Counted from the first letter of the stretch, positions 49,084 to 63,172 are shown. The stretch is DNA of 64,000 bases from Octopus sinensis (GCF_006345805.1 NC_043013.1:19282001-19346000), one strand, 5' to 3'. Notes: generated by a model not told the origin, from the letters alone. Translations and numbers: made by a program.

Positions 49084-49490
49084 TATATATAATATGATCG
49101 AATTTAGAACACACCCAAGAGCACACACTCACACACATACGCACACGTAATAATACATACATATATGCATGTGTGTGTGTGATCCTGCAGGCGATATTGT
49201 GGATATTAAAAAATGTGCAAGTTGTTATGTTCATAGATAAATTTGTAAGGTCATTTGTTATTTAACAAAGATAATCACTTGTTTGGTACTGTGGTTTACA
49301 GAGTCAGTACAATTTTTGGGGAAGCTACATCGCTCTAATTTTCCCGATGAACTCTGACAGTGATGTAGAATTTTCCCTGCTTCTTTATATGTGTGAATAT
49401 AAAGGCTGAAATAAGTGACCTTGAAAGAAAATGTCATTAGACCAGTATATTTCTATTCAATGTTGTACGTATGTGTTATGGTTGCTCGAT

Positions 49491-49872
49491 GGAGGCGCAA
49501 TGGCCCAGTGGTTAGGGCAGTGGACTCGCGGTCATAGGATCGCGGTTTCGATTCCCAGACCGGGCGTTGTGAGTGTTTATTGAGCGAAAACACCTAAAAG
49601 CTCCACGAGGCTCCGGCAGGGGATGGTGGTGATCCCTGCTGTACTCTTTCACCACAACTTTCTCTCACTCTTACTTCCTGTTTCTGTTGTACCTGTATTT
49701 CAAGGGGCCAGCCTTGTCACTCTCTGTGTCACGCTGAATATCCCCGAGAACTACGTTAAGGGTGCACGAGTCTGTGGAGTGCTCAGCCACTTACACGTTA
49801 ATTTCACGAGCAGGCTGTTCCGTTGATTCGGATCAACCGGAACCCTCATCGTCGTAACCGACGGAGTGCTTC
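49491..49872 (+). mobile_element. Full-length tRNA-derived SINE with 11-bp target-site duplication
   Basis: A-box tggcccagtgg and B-box ggtttcgattcc; identical flanks ggttgctcgat at 49480-49490 and 49877-49887. Confidence 0.88.
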
Positions 49873-49949
49873 CATAGGTTGCTCGATATGCAGCTTCATG
49901 ATGAGGCAATACCACCTGAGTGGACAAGGAGGAAAAATTTAGCATGTAT

Positions 49950-50853
49950 ACTTTGGCTTGCGTGGTTGTGACTGAGTGGGGTTCTTTTTGGCTGCTGTAT
50001 TTTATCTAGGACGCTATACTATTCTGGCAAAAATAGCTACTCTTAATGTTAGGCAAGTTAAAAATCTTATTGACTTTTTGGTGTATTTGTAGGAAATATC
50101 TTGTAAGAGTTTGTAAGTAAGCATCTATGTATCTTGTGACGTCTTGGTTGTGTAATATTTCAATACATGTTACTGTCTTCTTACTGGTTCTACTCTTCTG
50201 TGAGGTGTTTTATCTAAACTTTTAGTAAAGCCGCTCCTAGCTAATGCATTATTATAATAGGGAGCTGCTCTGTTAACGATATCTTTGTTAACGATATCTT
50301 TGTTAATATATATCTGTGACAAAAGGTTTTGTGTATATAAGAGACAGGTGTTACGAAGTTTTTTGTAAATGTTCCATTCGGCTTTCGGTAGGGGTATCAT
50401 CTACCTGACTTTAAGTTACGTTATGTCGAAGTTGGCTATTGTTAAGTTAGTGGCGAACTGGCAGAAACGTTAGCGCGCCGGGTGAAATGCTTAGCGGTAT
50501 TTCGTCTGTCGTTACGTTCTGAGTTCAAATTCCGCCGAGGTTGACTTTGCCTTTCATCCTTTCGGGGTCGATAAATTAAGTACCAGTTAATCGACTTAAT
50601 CCCTTTGTCTGTCCCATCTATGTTTAGCCCCTTGTGGGTAATAAAGAAATATATATTGATGCCAAAGTCCTTATGCATCCTCAATAATTCTTTACTGGAT
50701 TTTTCTATAGTGTAGCCGTTCGTATTGCATGAAGTTTCTAAGCCATCATAACTGTGCATGCCACCATATGTGAGGAGTGGTGCGCTTTTGGAGAGTGTCA
50801 ATGATAAATATTTCCACAGGATCCAGTATTTCATACCCATTATAACTCTTCAC

Positions 50854-50889
<36 letters not shown>

Positions 50890-51200
50890 TGAGAGAAAAA
50901 GAAAGAGAGACAGACAGACAGACAAACAGACAGAGACAAAGAGAGTGAACAGAAGAAGACCGTCTTTTCAACCTAGGAGACATCATCGTAGAGTAATATG
51001 ACTTCCAAGCATTCAATAAGACACCAGTATATACATAGATGAGTATGGTGAACTGTCTTCCAAAATACATGTCCGTGGAATCCTGGATATAGAAAAATAA
51101 AAATCCATTGTATCGAATAGATTGAATGTGATGGTTGCCAGGCATTCACTGTCGTGGAATCACTCAATGACAACAATAATGCAAGTTTTCTACTCAATAA
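49950..51200 (-). mobile_element. Decayed Penelope-like reverse transcriptase, interrupted by a SINE and a (GA)n tract
   Basis: Minus-strand fragments in PLE RT order: FLYP, ILLYDD, GMHSYDGL (cf. GLYRDDGL), IEKSSKELLRMHKDFGINI, TIANFDIT, YPYRKPN, NRAAPYYNNALARSGF. Confidence 0.65.
50451..50652 (+). mobile_element. Nin/Deu-domain SINE inserted in the Penelope-like RT
   Basis: ggcgaactggcagaaacgttagc...gcctttcatcctttcggggtcgataaattaagtaccag...aataaagaaata. Confidence 0.85.
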
Positions 51201-54200
51201 AAACTTCCAACAAAAGACGGATACTTGAAGTTTTTTTATTTATCTAAAATCTGAATAATCATCATATACAATATTATGACTCTTTGTGACGCGGCTCCTG
51301 GTTTTCTGGGCATCAAAGATATTGTAAAGGATGCAACTTATAGTAGCACATGTGCTGGCCTTTTTTTAAAATGGTATTATGATATAAGAAAATGAAATTA
51401 TATTAGAAAAATATTTATGAAGGAGTTGAAAATTAAAAAAAAACATTATTAAAGAAATATAGAGAAGACTGCAAAAAAATAACATAGGAACTTAAAAGAA
51501 AATATGGAGCATTGCAACTGTTAAGGTGAGGATAGGAAGGTAGATTAAATTTTGACTCATAACAGTTGATACTTATTTAATTATTAGATATAAACATAAT
51601 AGAGCGCATGAGAATATAATGCATTGAATATGAGCGTTCGGTGTTGTACAGAAAGGTAAAATTCCAGGACTTTAGAAGATATTCGTCAAAGTGGTAGCAC
51701 ACGAGAACTTTTTCCGTTTTACATAAATGGCTTCATTTTCAACTATTTACATAAGGGTTGCTTTCCTCAAGGATTTTCTTTGATATAAAATTAAGTACCA
51801 TGTTCTTTCACATTCTAGATGTAACTGGTTAATGTTATCATATGCTTCTTTCTAATACTGTCCTATGTTTAAAAGAAGTACGAGTGAAGTAACGTATTTT
51901 AAATTCCTTCCCGTATATTCTTAACGTACTGCATAAAAGTTCAGATTTGTGGAGATGGTTTCTGTTTGATATATGATCGTTTGAAAATTACATGACATAT
52001 CAAAGAAATATGCACTTATGTTTCTACATGTGCAGTTAACTGATTATTAACAGTAGAAATATCTCCAGCCTGTCATGAAATATATAAATCTTCGATAAGA
52101 TGACGCTTATCACAATGCATTAACATGAAGTAGAATCAAAGATAACGTATATCTCTTGTTCATGTCATCTAACAGTAAGGAGGAGATAGTCTCTAATATT
52201 ATCTGGTTCGTATTTCCTTAGAACGTTCAATCAGATATTACTAAAAGCTTCTTAGCGTAATAGATAAAGAATTTTTTATCAATCACTGCTACAAATCTAT
52301 AGATAACAGGATAACATAAAAAGTCTAAACTAATATATAGAAGTTAACTGCACATGTAGAAATAAACACGTCTGCACAATAACCGTCACTAGGGTTTCAC
52401 TATTAAATATTGGCCATTTCAAGATTATAATAGAAAACTCTTGAGAACTCAAAGCAATGTGGTGGCGAAGTGAGTTTCTTAAGCACTTGACTATATCTTC
52501 GGCATATATCTGTCATTGGATTGTTTTCCATCTTCAAAGATTTAGAAAGATTTAAGACCCAAGTTTATAAAAAAATTCTCTTTTTTTATTATAAATTAGC
52601 ATATGAGCTGATGACATCATTTCTACGTTGTCGCTGACTTGCTAGAAATAGCAACCAAGCTCTCTCAATGTATTCATCGCTATTTTAAATAAAAGAATAG
52701 ATACACAGATTATATATTACTTACAATAGACAGGACTGTCATATCCGGAATACATTTGAAAGCAAGTCAACCCCCGACACCGAGAGCATCGACGGATGGA
52801 TGAATGTGCATCCAGGCTCAGCGGTTGCGTAGGAAGTCGGGGACAAGAAACAGGAAGAAAGAGTGAGAGAAATTTGGAGCGAAAGAGTACAACTGGGGTC
52901 ACCACTACCCACTGCCGGAGCCTCCTTGAGCTTTAGGTGTTTTCGCTCAATAAACACACACAACGCCCGGTCTGGGAATCGAAATCGCGATCCTCCGACC
53001 GCGAGTCCGCTTGCGTCTCCACTGTTGTTGCTGTTGTTGATGTCGTTGAAGTTGTAGTTTTTGTTGCCATTGCTGTTGTTGTTCTTTAACACCAGGTCAG
53101 CATTGAGTAAGGCAGTGTTATGATCAAAGGCAATCCACATATGACTATCTCTTCTCTTAGAATATTTCCATTCAAGTACAACGTTATTCATATGTTCTGC
53201 TAAAACGACAATAAGTAATTATTTGATGGTGATTAGGCTGCTATCTCTCGGAAATACTACTGTATACACATCTGTCCCACGGATCACGTTGCGTTGCCCT
53301 TGTTTTTGATGTCATTTTTACTACTTTAAAAATATTTGTTGCTCTTGTTGTCGTTGTTGTCGGTGTTGCTGTTGTTGTTGTTGTTGTTGTTGCTGTTGTC
53401 TTCTTCCAATCAGGACTCACGCCATTAGCCATAAAGAATAATCTCTAATTCGAGCCTACTCTAAGCTACTAAGAATGCGTGTGGCAACTTGAAGATCCAC
53501 CCACCACATGCGATAGACTGGCGGTTGCACGGGCTCAAAAGCTACGTTGTTATCCTCATTCGGTAAACGGTAGCTTTTAACGGGTGGAGAGCCGAACCAT
53601 CCTGGGGTACAGATGATTCGTAATCTGAGACTAGGGTCTGAAAGTTTTACCACACTATAGTGGGTTACACCATGGTTCCTCTACTTTGTGGTAGAAGTAG
53701 GAAGAAAGAGTGAGAGAAAGTTGTAATGAAAGAGTACAGCGAGGTTCACCACCCCACCCCTCTCCCGCCGGAGCCTCGGACCGGGAATCGAAACCGCGTT
53801 CTTACAACCGCGAGTCCGCTGCCCTAACCACTGAGCCATTGCACCTCCACAGATGTTGCTGTTGCTGTTGTTGCTGTTGGTGATGGTGCTGCTGCTGTTG
53901 TTGTTGTCGTTGTTGTTGCTGTTATTGTTATTACTGTCATGATTGTTGCTGTCATCGCCGTCGTTCTTGTTTTTGTTAGCGTTTTTTTTTTTTTTTACTT
54001 TTGTGGCAATCATTTTTCTTTCTTGGTTTTTTTTTTTTGTGCCACATTACTGCCACAATTCTGCTTCCATATGTAGCTTGACATAACCTCAGGAAAAATA
54101 GGGTTTAATGAAAAGGAAAAGATAACTCCTGCTTACTTATTTGTATTGACATAATTCACTGACCTGGAACTGTTTTAGCCACACCCGGATTCGAAACAAA

Positions 54201-54811
54201 ATACTTAAGTGCTCCCATTACACCCCTATCACCACTCAATCATACCCCATCTCTCCCTCTCTCACTCTTTCTCTCTATCTATCTACCTATCTATCTAGCT
54301 AGCTAGCTATCTATCTCTCACACACACATATGCACACACGCACACATGCACACGCACACACACAAACCCTTTAACACAAACACACACTTAGACGTATAGT
54401 TAAATACATATGTATATACGTACAAACATATATACGCATGCTCTCTCTCTCTCTCTCACGCACACACACAAACACTTACATCTATATCCGTATGTACGTA
54501 CCTGCATATTGAGGGAGAGAAGAAAGAAAGAGAAGGGGTGATGAGGGAAAATGAGGTATGACCTAAAGAGCTAAGAAGGTACGAGGTAAATGGCGCATAC
54601 TGCTGTCTTCGTGTCTAAATTGAACAGTCAAGCATTACACTAACTCTTCTATGGTAAGCAATTCGTGTCACAATTTTAGAATTGATTTCTTTTGATTTCT
54701 TACACCGCAACACTGTTAAAAAGTGTTACTGAAAGGGTGCAAGCGGTTAAAGTCACTATTTGATTGCTGTTTACACTATAGTACTGCGATGGTCAGGAGT
54801 ACAACAGGGAA

Positions 54812-55032
54812 TGACAGAAACATTAGCACGCCGGGCGAAATGCTTAGTGGTAACTCGTCTGTCTTTACGTTCTGAGTTCAAATTCAGCCGAGGTCGACTT
54901 TGCCTTTCATCCTTTCGGGGTCGATTAAATAAGTACCAGTTACGCACTGGGGTCGATATAATCGACTTAATCCGTTTGTTTGTCCTTGTTTGTCCTCTCT
55001 GTGTTTAGCCCCTTGTGGGTAGTAAAGAAATA
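54812..55032 (+). mobile_element. Nin/Deu-domain SINE
   Basis: Same family as 50451-50652. Confidence 0.82.
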
Positions 55033-55469
55033 GGGAATGACCCCTGCCTAGATATGAACATACAATGGTAAGAATTATTTATGTTTTTATCAAGTTATTT
55101 GCGAAATTTGTCACGCAACATCTTCCGTAATTGCAAAATATATTTAAAAGAATAATTAATCTATTCACAAAATAAGAAGATTCCTCATTTTGTTGTTGTT
55201 CATAGTGATGGCGGCCAAGCCCCGATCAAGCAGACTATGTTCATACCTGTTCAATCTACAGCCATCATTTTTCTTTGTTCGCTCATCCTCCCATCTTTAA
55301 TTTGGTGGCGTGTGACATTACAAAGACTTTGCTGCTATTTCTGTCAAGTCGGGAGGTTCATTCCCTGGCTCGTCATTTCGCCAGCTTTCTTTTCGCTTTT
55401 GCTGAAGATGACATATACAGTAACAGCTGACCAGAAAGCATGTCTCTCATAGTAAACTCTCTTCTACAC

Positions 55470-55766
55470 CACTGGTTCTCAACCATTTGTTATTTATGGA
55501 CCCCCTTGCTTAAAAAAATTAGATTTATAAATACTTCTTCCAAAATTCCAATTTTATTATTTTCACTTCAACTAGGAAATGTTTAACTATGTAAAATGTC
55601 AGAGGAATAAACCTGGCTGTTTCTTGCAAATAATATATTTAAATCAAAATTTTCATGGACCCTTAAAATACTGCTCTGGATCTTTAATTTACTATTTTGC
55701 CTGTGCGGCTCCAAAAGTCTTATTTGAACCCGTAGGCTTCATATAAACGCCAGTTGTGAACCACTG
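55470..55766. mobile_element. hAT (Charlie-like) MITE
   Basis: Imperfect TIRs cactggttctcaac / gttgtgaaccactg; 8-bp flanks ttctacac and ctctatac (6/8 identical), as expected for an aged hAT TSD. Confidence 0.6.
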
Positions 55767-56152
55767 CTCTATACAATTAAATAAAATGAGCCAATAAGAC
55801 ACATTTAATGTCTTCCTATGGAAAATATATATAATGTGTAGATTTGAAACCGCCTGACATATCGATGAACGAGCTTCAAAGTAGCCGTTCGATGTGTTAG
55901 AAATAGTAGCTTAATTTTTTTTTATAATTAAAGGAAGAACATATTGAAAATAAGACTGGAAGGACACTTTTAATATTAAACCTGCTGGATCAGTAGCAGC
56001 AGCCATCGAATATCCAATATCTTATAGAATTGTATGTATCACTTCTTCCATTTTATTTCGAAACAAGAAACAGATGTAGGTATGTGCATGTGTGCGCGCG
56101 CATGTGTGTGTGTGTATGTTTGTGTTTGTGTGTGTGTGTGTGTGTGTTGTGT

Positions 56153-56191
<39 letters not shown>

Positions 56192-56895
56192 TGTGTGTGT
56201 GTGTGTAACGTTGGCTGTATGTGTGTGTAGATATATATGTTTTCTGTAAGTGTATGTGTGAGTTGTGTGTACTTTAACTAGCGGCTAATGTAGAACGTTT
56301 TAATCACTGGATTACAAATATTTTTATGGCTTAATCAGAAAAAGCACGACAGAAGAGGTGAGAGTAAGAGAGAAAGAGAGGAAGAGAAGAAGGACAGTTA
56401 TACTGACCAGGGACCAAGCCCAAAACTTATTAAAGCATTCAAAGTTCAGGTGAGGGTAAAAAACAAACTCTACAATTCTTTGTAGAGTCTCCAAATAACA
56501 TAAGACTCTACAATGTTACATAAGGTAACATAAGAAATGTGTTATCTTTAGAATATAAAAAGTAAGAAATTATTTTGTAGAGGAAGGAAAAAATTTTCTC
56601 AATTTCTTTCAGCAGAATTTTGCTCTTTCTGAGCTTATCGTATTACATGTTAGCTTTCTAAACGTTCAGAATAAAGATCTTAAGATCTAGAGCAAAATAT
56701 ATTTGCTTGTTTCAGTCATTGGACTGTGTCGATGTCGGGGCAACGCCTTGAAGGGTTTAGTCAAACAAATCGATCCCTTCTTTTAAAGACTGGAACTTAT
56801 TCTACATGTCTCTTTTGTCGAACCGCTAAGTTACGGGGCCGTAAACACTAGTTTCCAAGAGGTGGTTGAGGACAAAGACACACGCACTCGCACGC

Positions 56896-56977
<82 letters not shown>

Positions 56978-57009
56978 TACGGGGTACTTTAACTTTCCGC
57001 CTACCAAAT

Positions 57010-57162
57010 CCTTATTTCTTTACTACCTACAGGGGACTAAACACAGACGGGACAAACGGATTAAGTCGATTATATCGACCCCAGTGTGTAACTGGTACTT
57101 ATTCAATCGACACCAAAAGGATGAAAGGCAAAGTCGACCTCGTCGGAATTTGAACTCAGAAC
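57010..57162 (-). mobile_element. Nin/Deu-domain SINE, partial
   Basis: Reverse complement of the family core (aaaggatgaaaggcaaagtcgacctc...gaatttgaactcagaacg). Confidence 0.8.
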
Positions 57163-57587
57163 GAACCAACCAGATAGACGATACACATCAATATCCACCT
57201 TTAGACATCAGAAGGATCAGATATGGTCCATAAATTAAAAATATCGTGGTCAAAGTATTATCCAGATGTTTTCTTAATAACCTCAATTACAGTCAAGTCA
57301 AAGTTGTGGAAAAATTTATTGAAAAAACATTACCTGTCACCTGACTTGTGTTTCAATCTCTCTCAGTTTTAACTACAACAAAAACAAAAAAAACAGCAGC
57401 ACCAGCAACAACAACAACAAAGACAACAACTACGCTGACCAATTTTTACACCCAAAGATGATGCAACAGTACAAAATGATGATGCAATACTGGCATTTTA
57501 AAGGTTGCAAACAGGTAGGGGAAAGCAACGAGGAATCAGAATTTACTCAGGTTGGCCCCTTTACAAATTTTGGCCCTCCCACCTATA

Positions 57588-57671
<84 letters not shown>

Positions 57672-57931
57672 TATATGTATATGTATATACATATATATAT
57701 ATATATATATGAAATACTTACTTGAAAGGTGAAACGTTTCAAATTTCCTGATACCAACACGCCTCATTAACCATGTTAGCGTGTTACAAACCGTTCAATA
57801 GTTTCTCCCCAAATTTCGTGCATATGTTTGCTGCCGGAACTAAAACGTTTATTGTAGAACCTTCTGGAAATGTGTGAGTGAAAGCTGTGCCTATCCAAGC
57901 ATATATTTCATATGTATACATATAGATACAT

Positions 57932-57992
<61 letters not shown>

Positions 57993-58111
57993 ACTTAGAA
58001 AGGTTTTGGCCAGTATTGGCCCAGGCCATGTCTAACTTAATAGCACCACCTGGCGAAGTCTTTCAATTCAGGATTTGGGCACCAAGGCCCATTCGAGCAG
58101 AGAGTTATTGT

Positions 58112-58152
<41 letters not shown>

Positions 58153-58153
58153 C

Positions 58154-58185
<32 letters not shown>

Positions 58186-58598
58186 TGTATGTATGTATGT
58201 ATATATATATATAAATATATACACATATATATATGTATATATGTGTGTGTGTGTGTGTGTGTTTGTACATATATATATATACATACATACATACATACAT
58301 ACACACACACATATATATATATATATAAGGAATTAAATGGAGTTGAACGCAGGTGTTATTCCTTTGGAATAAAACCAATGTTGTCTTCGAAACATATGTC
58401 GAAAGTAAAAGAATTTGAATAACACCTGTGTTCAACTCCATTATTTACTTATGCTATACAAATTACTGCACATTAATCCGGAGTTTCTACCCTTGAATAG
58501 TTGTCCACATCCTTTTTATTTGCATGAATTTTGCTGCCCCGGTAACTGTTTATTGAATTTTCCATGTTAACGTTAAACAAAGGATAATTCATTCATCC

Positions 58599-58729
<131 letters not shown>

Positions 58730-58737
58730 ATACATAC

Positions 58738-58947
58738 ATACACAAAGGGGTGCTGAAAACTTCATGGCTTTGGGTAAAATAAAATATATGATTTTAGTCA
58801 ACGTATTCCCCTGTCAGGTTCACACACATATTGCAGCGGTCTTTTAGTTTTTATAAGTCCTATAAAAGAACTCAGAATTTTCGGTCTCCAGCCACACGTT
58901 TCACGATACCTTCAAAGGCAGGATCTTTTCAGCACTTCTTCGTGTAC
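58738..58947. mobile_element. Mariner-derived MITE-like element
   Basis: Imperfect TIRs tacacaaaggggtgctgaaaa and ttttcagcacttcttcgtgta in a TA-rich context. Confidence 0.5.
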
Positions 58948-59739
58948 ATATGTACGCTCATGAATTATTCCTCAACCTAATACATTACACTTATTTCTCT
59001 ATTGGACCCGATTTCAACGAGGGGTCGCTCGTCACCGTTAAGGAGTCGATAGGATGTCATTTTATAAAAATACCCAAACATTGTGTTATATGATGTGGAA
59101 ATTGGCCAAATTTATTTAAGACAGGGAAGCTTCCAATTTTCTCTGCTACATTTTTATCGTTTGACGTGGGAAACGCTGAAAATCGTTTATTTTTCTTCAT
59201 ATACATTTTAGCACACAAAAACACCCAACAAAGAATTCAGATCGAAATCAGATATATATTTAAACAAAAGCAACATTTATACCTACATACATATATATAT
59301 ATACATACATGCATACATACATACATACATACATACTTACATACATACATACATGCATGCATACATACATACATACATACATACATACATACATACATAC
59401 ATACATACATACATGCATACATACATACATACATACATGCATACATACATACATACATACATAAACCATTTGAGTATACCACATGGATGGATTACCAAGG
59501 TATTGCAATTAGCCAAAGTACTACCACCACTGCTACCGACCATCTAACCAAGAATTGGTATACTTACTTACATCTTAAATAAGTAAAGATGTGTACCAGT
59601 CTGGTATAATAAAAACGCATCCTTTAGGGTGATAGCTTGTTAATACTCTTCTTTGTACTCTCAGTGAACCGCTTGTCATTCTTGGGTTCAATGAAATCTC
59701 GTACCTTTTCTTTGTTGTTGACCTGAAGCTCTAGGGGCC

Positions 59740-61670
59740 AAGCATGATCACACAACCGAAGTCTCTAAAGAATTTGGAATAAAATTTGCTAAGTCCAAAT
59801 CGGAATTCTTGGTGGTTAAACGTAACAAATCTGTACCTTTATTCAAGACACTAAACATTTACAACCTAAAAACACAGCCCCTTCTGTCTGGGGAAATTTA
59901 CAAATATCTCGAAAAGAATAAGAAAACAGTAATGAGGGACCCATCAATAAGGAGAGGACGAAGAATGAGTACCACAAGAGGGTAAAAAAGATATTGTCAT
60001 CTGACACACAACACCTTTGCAGTGTTTGCCCTCATGCCTACATTCGACCTTCTGAATCTGTCACTACAAGAACTTTGCGAGATAGATTTTTGAATTTACA
60101 AGCTGCTCAGTGTTACAGGAAACTTAAGCGTCAATGAAGTTGTAGATAGGCTATATTCACTACGGAAAGATGGTGGCTGTCTGTGGCCTTAAATTTCTGT
60201 TTTTCTGTATTTTAGTTATATTTTCATGACGCCTACTGTTATACATACACCAGTCCAAGGCCAGAAATAACAGCTAAATGTTCCTGAAATCAACTTTGCA
60301 ATCTTAAAGAAAGCATACATTAGATAATATTCTTCTAGATATACCTTTAAAATACCAGGATGATGATAGGGTTGACTTGGAGGTTAAATAACTAATAAAT
60401 AATACAATTATTCTACAACTAGATCTGTTTTGAAATTTTTGATTATTTTGAAAATGAATTGAAAGATCTTACCTGTATGTTTTTGAGTTAGAAATATGGT
60501 TAGGAGAGAGTTAAACTTGAGTGTGATGTTTTATTTATTTGTATATTCAGTTAACTTAGAGAATAAGAGGTATTTATGTACTTGCTGGACATTTTGAATA
60601 ATGAAATAATAGGATGTCAACAGAGATTTGTTTTCTTAAAGCACATATTGTGACACTACAGTAACATCTGCAGCAGAGGAAAGTGACCAGTATCTATCTA
60701 ACCTAAGTCTGTGACCATAAATTCAAGGACGTAAATAGGATTGCTAAGAGCTTGTGGAGGGACATAAAATAAAGATTTCGATCTAAAGAGCATTGGTAAA
60801 TTCTATTTATCAAAGGAACAAAATATGGTTCATTTCATTGAGAGGACAGTGCATGGATACTTGGCACGAAGGACACAAACTATAGAACGAATTGATCGTA
60901 TCAAAAGCTTGGCATGGAGTACCGACAAGTTTCTGACATTCTATTTCGACGGCTTCCTCCCTGCAGTTCAAGAACAAGAGATTCACACAATCTGCAGCAT
61001 AATAATAGAAATCACGGACAGACAATATATGTAGGCTGAGCAAACCATGAGTGAAATCATCAACCACATTGTTGCCCACTGATAGACATCTTCCTGGTAT
61101 TATCTTCTAATGCGGCATAGTGCCGTAGCTGGAACAGTCTGAAACAAGATAAGGAAGAATAGGAAACATCAAAAGACAAAGTTTACTCTATTGAGACCGA
61201 TAGGTGAAAAATATATTGGTGGAACTTAAAAATTGAAATAGACACCAACTTAAAACTCAACTAGCCAGGTGCTGTTGGGCGGGGTCACAGGGAAAAAATA
61301 TATGATCTGTTGTAGAAACTAGCCGTCCACTGGGCACCAGTGTGGTTAGAAAAATCGAGGAGAATGAGGAGATCTATGGTCCATTGATAAAGAGTTTGCA
61401 AATCAAGTCTCCAAGATACACTTTCAACTTCACACTTCTTATTATTGAAGCAGGGAGAGACGTTCCAACTCGTCTGGGGCAAACTGTGGGTGAACTTGTG
61501 TTCTTGGGGAGATAATGGTAATCCTTGATCCATAAACGACAAATAATCACGATATCTGGGGTTATAAAAAACTGCAACACCTAAAGTTTGAAAGAATAAT
61601 GAATTGAACGGGAGGTTTTCCATGACAAACTTGCTACTAAGCAGGAGGCCAGTCAAAATTAACTCTAAAT
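59740..61670 (+). mobile_element. Decayed R4/Dong-type LINE (RT thumb, zinc knuckle, restriction-like endonuclease), interrupted at ~60190-60790
   Basis: Fragments in the expected order: EFGIKFAKSK, IYKYL, EYHKRVKKILSS, VDRLYSLRKDGG, VHGYLAR..DRIKSLAW..FDGFLPAVQEQEIHT, EIINHIV, YYLLMRHSAVA, VVETSRPL..VVRKIEENEEIYGPLIKSLQ. Confidence 0.7.
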
Positions 61671-61713
61671 TAAAGAGGAAAAGAACATACACACACACAC
61701 ACAAATACAATAC

Positions 61714-61746
<33 letters not shown>

Positions 61747-63082
61747 GGAGAAAGAGAGGAGAAAGAGAGAGACAGGGAGGGAGAGAGAGCAGGAGAAAGA
61801 GAGGAGCGAGAGAGAGAGAGAGTCAGACAGACGGGCAGGAAATAATACAAATAATGACAAAGAAACAATGAGACAAAATGAGAGGCAAAGAGAAATACAA
61901 AGAGAGTCAGAGAGAGAGAGAAATAAAGGTAAACATAGAGAAAAGATATATTGATAAAACAGAAAGAAAAGAATGGAAGAAGGAGTGAATGTGAAATAGC
62001 AGAATTGGCTTAGTGGTAGTGGCGGCGGCGGCGGTGGTGGTGGTGATAGTGGTAGTAGATAGAACAGCAACGGTAGGACGAGGGGTGATAGATTATGCTT
62101 ATTTAAGGGCCAGTTTTGTCCTAATTTTGATAAGATCTCTACAGTAGTTCAGGGCGTTGCCGTCGTTGTATTCACTCTCTGTCTCACTCTTTCTCCCCAC
62201 CCCCAGCCCCCCACTCTCTCTCACCTTAGTTGTTTGCACGAATTACGAAGGTTAAATTAATCCCTCGCACAATCGACTGAGATCACACGTAACGTTGTTG
62301 TAGACATGTAGATACTGGAATCTTAAACTTCTTTTATTATAACTATATTGTATTATATCATATCATATTGGCAGAAATATAAAAATACATCTGATTGAAA
62401 CCAGCTATTCCGTAAGAGGGTGGGTCGCATACATACATGCATACACACATACATAGCGGGAGTTAACTCGTAACAAGTAAGAACAACTAAACTCAAGGAG
62501 TCCGCGCAAATGTTTTGAGAGCTCAAAAAGGTCCTGTAAGCGAATTTGCTCTGAGTGGTTAAAATATTGTTCTGCAATGACCCCATTTTTCAGCGCAATC
62601 AGCTATAAAACCAGTTGCGTAAAATAAAATGTGACAACTAGAAACCAACTGCAATTTAGGTTTTTTTTTTAAATATGAGTTTGCCATCTAGAAGTTCTAA
62701 CGGGACTAGGGCTCCTTCATTCCCATTGGTCCAAATGGTGGTTGTTGTATTAATGGGTCCCTAACAGAGCCTACTAACCTAGGTCAAAGTAAATCTGAGA
62801 ACAACCGTGGCGAAAAGGTGGTTTCACACTCTACAAAACCTAAGGACCACCAATGCCAGGGCCCTATTACCGGATGCAGTTTAAAGTTATATATGCATAT
62901 ATAATACATATATACGTGCGTACGTATGTATGCATGCATGTATATATGGTTCAAATGTACAGAAAGCAAAGGACAAAAACAAGTGAGGGAACAAACAGGT
63001 GTATTAGTTTGATGCTTGGGAAGAATGGAAAAGTCTTTCACGTTTCGAGCCTATGCTGCTCTTCGACATAAAGAGATGATAA

Positions 63083-63085
<3 letters not shown>

Positions 63086-63168
<83 letters not shown>
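63086..63168. repeat. (GA)n microsatellite; representative of dozens of (TA)n, (CA)n, (CTAT)n and (AAT)n tracts between 27 and 64 kb
   Basis: Direct reading. Confidence 0.95.

Positions 63169-63172
<4 letters not shown>

Noticed and set aside
49491-49565. tRNA gene (also the head at ~31360-31432)
   Set aside because: The tRNA-like head continues into a multi-copy SINE body with a target-site duplication; no proper acceptor stem or T-run terminator.
53241-53432. Short Thr-rich ORF MANGVSPDWKKTTATTTT as a mucin exon
   Set aside because: The Thr run is a simple (CAA)n microsatellite, and the ORF is short with no splice support for that part.
57334-57372. Exon-like stretch with a good acceptor and cag|gtaatg donor on the minus strand
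   Set aside because: All three frames contain a stop before that donor; it could only be non-coding.
61285-62070. 261-aa minus-strand ORF with acceptor-like signals
   Set aside because: The N-terminal half is CT microsatellite; the C-terminal half is antisense to the R4/Dong endonuclease remnant on the plus strand.
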